Source: Candidatus Anaerotignum merdipullorum
GTDB taxonomy: Bacteria > Bacillota > Clostridia > Lachnospirales > Anaerotignaceae
Direction: 5' to 3'
NCBI GenBank assembly: GCA_019115165.1
Contig: DXEB01000011.1
Span: 655-64,654 of the forward strand
DNA: 64,000 bases
Below, piece by piece: positions 61,378-64,000 of this stretch (its first letter is position 1; every line of letters starts with the position of its first letter). A program made the position numbers and the translations under genes. The notes below the pieces were generated by a model that had not been told where the DNA came from, did no database searches, and was given only the letters and a program-made list of their open reading frames with translations.

Positions 61378-62796
61378 GTGGATGCAAAAGAACCCCGGAA
61401 ACAGAGATTGTCCGGGAAAACAAAAGTACTATTGGTAGCATTGCTGATCGTATGTATCGGCGCGGGGCTAATTTATATAGACACTGCTTACGGAACAGGA
61501 AGGGTAAAACAATTCTTTGTACGGTTTCGTACGTCAGAACAGACAAATCAGTCGGAAAACAGCGGCATGCTGGCAACCATTGCGCTGGATGCAGGAAGTG
61601 CGGCATCGTTTGCAGTATACGACCAAGCCTTTTTGCTATGTACAAAAGACGGTATAAAATACTATAATAGTGTCAATGATCAACGATGGAATGATACGTT
61701 TAACATGACGGCGCCGACGTTGATACAGGAAGGACCCTTTGTAGCGGTGGGAGATTTGAATGGGAAAAATCTACGTGTTTACGACGAAAATGGATTGTTG
61801 TATTCCATTCAAACAGAAGGCACGCTGATGCAGTTTGCGCTGAATGAAAATGGCTATCTGTCTATGATCGAAAAAAATGGAGACCGATATGAAATTCGCA
61901 TCTATAATGCCAAAGGAACGCTGCTCAAAGGCAGAATAGAAGAGACAACAGGCGTGTATCCCATTTCTACGGATGTATCTGATGATAATCGATCTTTTGC
62001 CGTCAGCTATGTGGATACCACAGACGTTCGTTTGAACGGTAGAGTATTGTTCTTTTATATCAATCCTGGCGACAGCGAAAGCTATACAGACAGCATGTAT
62101 GCTTCAGTAGATGATTATGCAGATGAGTTGGTAGGCGGAATCAGTTACCGCAGTGACGGGACGCTGGCGGTAGTTTCAGATAAAGGTATTTATGGTCTGC
62201 AGGAAAGTAATACGGTGTGGAAGTATCAACTGGAGAATGAAATAGACTTTATTTCTTTCCAAAACAAAAATAGTATCGTTGTTGCGTTGGGAGATAGCCT
62301 TGCCGGAATGGAAGGCAAGGAAGCAGGCACGGTCTGCTGGCTGAATAACAGCGGGAGAGAGACGGCTTCTTATCTGAGTAATGCGGATGTCACATACCTT
62401 TTTGTAGGGGAAGATGGTGTGGTCGTTGGAAATGACAGAGTGTATACCGGAGTGCGACATACAGGAAGAGAAGCGTGGCAGTATCAGGCAACGCAGGATA
62501 TTTCTGACGCAATCCCGATGGAAAGTTTTCATCATGTATTGGTGGTTGGACAGGATGCGGCATGGATATTGGATATGAACCAATATGCGGCACAGTCAAA
62601 TTCTGTTTCCAATTCCAATCCGATGGAATCCAGTACAAGAGATCCAGAACAGACTGCAACAGAACAAACAGCAACGGAGCAGCCACAGTTGGAACAGAAG
62701 GAGGAATCCCTTTCAGAGCAGACAGGCGCAACGGAGCCGGAGGAACCAAGCGGGCAAGAATCGGGAGAAGAAGATGCTGCGGGTAATACAGAATAG
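61378..62796 (+). CDS. DUF5711-like membrane-anchored beta-propeller protein
   Basis: N-terminal TM, beta-rich repeats, acidic low-complexity tail, upstream of cvpA; start uncertain (61366 or 61378). Confidence 0.65.
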   Translation: MDAKEPRKQRLSGKTKVLLVALLIVCIGAGLIYIDTAYGTGRVKQFFVRFRTSEQTNQSENSGMLATIALDAGSAASFAVYDQAFLLCTKDGIKYYNSVNDQRWNDTFNMTAPTLIQEGPFVAVGDLNGKNLRVYDENGLLYSIQTEGTLMQFALNENGYLSMIEKNGDRYEIRIYNAKGTLLKGRIEETTGVYPISTDVSDDNRSFAVSYVDTTDVRLNGRVLFFYINPGDSESYTDSMYASVDDYADELVGGISYRSDGTLAVVSDKGIYGLQESNTVWKYQLENEIDFISFQNKNSIVVALGDSLAGMEGKEAGTVCWLNNSGRETASYLSNADVTYLFVGEDGVVVGNDRVYTGVRHTGREAWQYQATQDISDAIPMESFHHVLVVGQDAAWILDMNQYAAQSNSVSNSNPMESSTRDPEQTATEQTATEQPQLEQKEESLSEQTGATEPEEPSGQESGEEDAAGNTE

Positions 62797-62810
62797 GAGG
62801 AATGGAGGGT

Positions 62811-63506
62811 ATGTTACCTTATCTATTAGATGGGATTGCGGCAGTGCTGGTATTGGGTACGGCAATACAGGCATACCGCAAAGGATTCGTACGGGCGGCA
62901 CTGAATTTTCTGCCGATTGTGGCAGCACTGGTGGCAACGAGATTTTTTACACCAATGGCAAGCCGTTTGCTGCGAAGTACGCCGTTTTTTGGATCGCTGT
63001 CCGAACGCATTGCGGAGAAAATGCAGTTGAACCATATGATCGGATCGGCAGCAATGCAGACGCAAACAGAAATGATACAAAACATGAATTTACCAGATTT
63101 TTTGAAAAACAGTTTGTTGGAAAACAATAATCCGGTGATTTACCGCCTGTTGGATGTAGATTCATTGCAAGCCTATATTTCTGGTTTTTTGGCCAATATC
63201 TGCGTGAATATTGTGAGTGTGTTGTTGGTGTTTGTGGTAGTATGGTTGGCAGTCAAGTTTGTGCTGCAGGCCTTGCATATCATCAGTAAACTGCCGGTAT
63301 TGAACTTTTTCAACAAAACCTGTGGGTTTGCGGTCGGTCTGCTCAAAGGGCTTTGTGTTACATGGCTGGTTTGCTTTGTATTAACCTTTTTCCAATGTAA
63401 CGCGTCCTTTGAAGGATTCTTTACAGCACTGAATCATTCCTATTTCGCGCGACTGCTGTACGAAAATAATATCTTGATGTACTTTATTTTGACTTTATTT
63501 GCATAG
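62811..63506 (+). CDS. CvpA family membrane protein
   Basis: LLD...YRKGFV, KLPVLNFFNKTCGFAVGLLKG. Confidence 0.85.
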   Translation: MLPYLLDGIAAVLVLGTAIQAYRKGFVRAALNFLPIVAALVATRFFTPMASRLLRSTPFFGSLSERIAEKMQLNHMIGSAAMQTQTEMIQNMNLPDFLKNSLLENNNPVIYRLLDVDSLQAYISGFLANICVNIVSVLLVFVVVWLAVKFVLQALHIISKLPVLNFFNKTCGFAVGLLKGLCVTWLVCFVLTFFQCNASFEGFFTALNHSYFARLLYENNILMYFILTLFA

Positions 63507-63588
63507 TGCAAAAATAAGCAAAGAATGGGGTTTTCTTTTCCGAGAAGAAGAGAAAGCTCTTTTTTTGCGTAAAGCCAAGGAAAATGAA

Positions 63589-63653
63589 TTGACAAAAGGG
63601 TCAATTGCACGTAAAATGCATATACACAGTGTATCTACACTGTGTATATGCAT
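63589..63653 (+). promoter_or_regulatory. Sigma-A promoter with perfect 18-bp inverted repeat operator
   Basis: TTGACA-N17-TAAAAT, then atgcatatacacagtgta-tc-tacactgtgtatatgcat. Confidence 0.8.
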
Positions 63654-63678
63654 AATGCTGCCTGGAAGGAGGGAGAGC

Positions 63679-64000
63679 ATGGGAAGATTATATAAAAGCG
63701 CTTGTTACTGCACAAATCTGCGCCGCAGTGCAGTGGCGGTTAGTAATTATTACAGTAATGCGCTGAAAGAAGTGGGCTTAAATGCATCGCAGTATTACTT
63801 GCTGATCAATTTATCTAGACTGCGGCAAGCAAACATTACACAGTGGGCGAACCATGTTGGATTAGAACGCAGTACAATGGTTCGGAATATTCGCATATTG
63901 CAGGAACGTGGTTGGATTGCGCAGACGCATCTGGGGCATGGAAAACAGTTTGCGCTAACAGATGCGGGAGAGGTGGTATTAAAAGAAGCGATTCCCATTT
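63679..64000 (+). CDS. MarR family transcriptional regulator, 3'-truncated by window edge (absent from the ORF track)
   Basis: MGRLYKSACYCTNLRR...GLNASQYYLL...LERSTMVRNIRILQERGWI...LTDAG; AAGGAGG RBS. Confidence 0.9.
   Translation, partial: MGRLYKSACYCTNLRRSAVAVSNYYSNALKEVGLNASQYYLLINLSRLRQANITQWANHVGLERSTMVRNIRILQERGWIAQTHLGHGKQFALTDAGEVVLKEAIPI

Overview
Core-genome window from a spore-forming Clostridia bacterium (Lachnospirales/Anaerotignum-like; taxonomy is inference). It holds about 50 intact genes, mostly on +: tcdA, an ABC-F ATPase, ltaE, murG, the sua5-rpiB-upp-tagO block, dnaD-dnaC, the conserved spoIIE-tilS-hpt-ftsH...birA-panT-coaX-dusB block, ppx-ppk1, csoR-copA, a CDP-3,6-dideoxyhexose operon, pepF and glgA. 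There are three identical tRNA-Leu(CAG) genes, each with its own sigma-A promoter, and at least three decayed pseudogenes. I found no integrase, transposase, prophage or CRISPR array. The best leads are: (1) an unannotated structured minus-strand RNA candidate at about 43150-43370, with C-rich loops, an orphan terminator and tandem TGTATACA operators; (2) tandem type III pantothenate kinase paralogs, the first with Gly->Ser in both phosphate loops, behind a panT gene with a structured leader; (3) an ascarylose-type CDP-sugar pathway lacking the E3 reductase, next to a probable spore protein; (4) a membrane-domain/pseudo-HAD fusion; (5) the triplicated promoter-tRNA unit. All family assignments come from motif recognition, not database searches.
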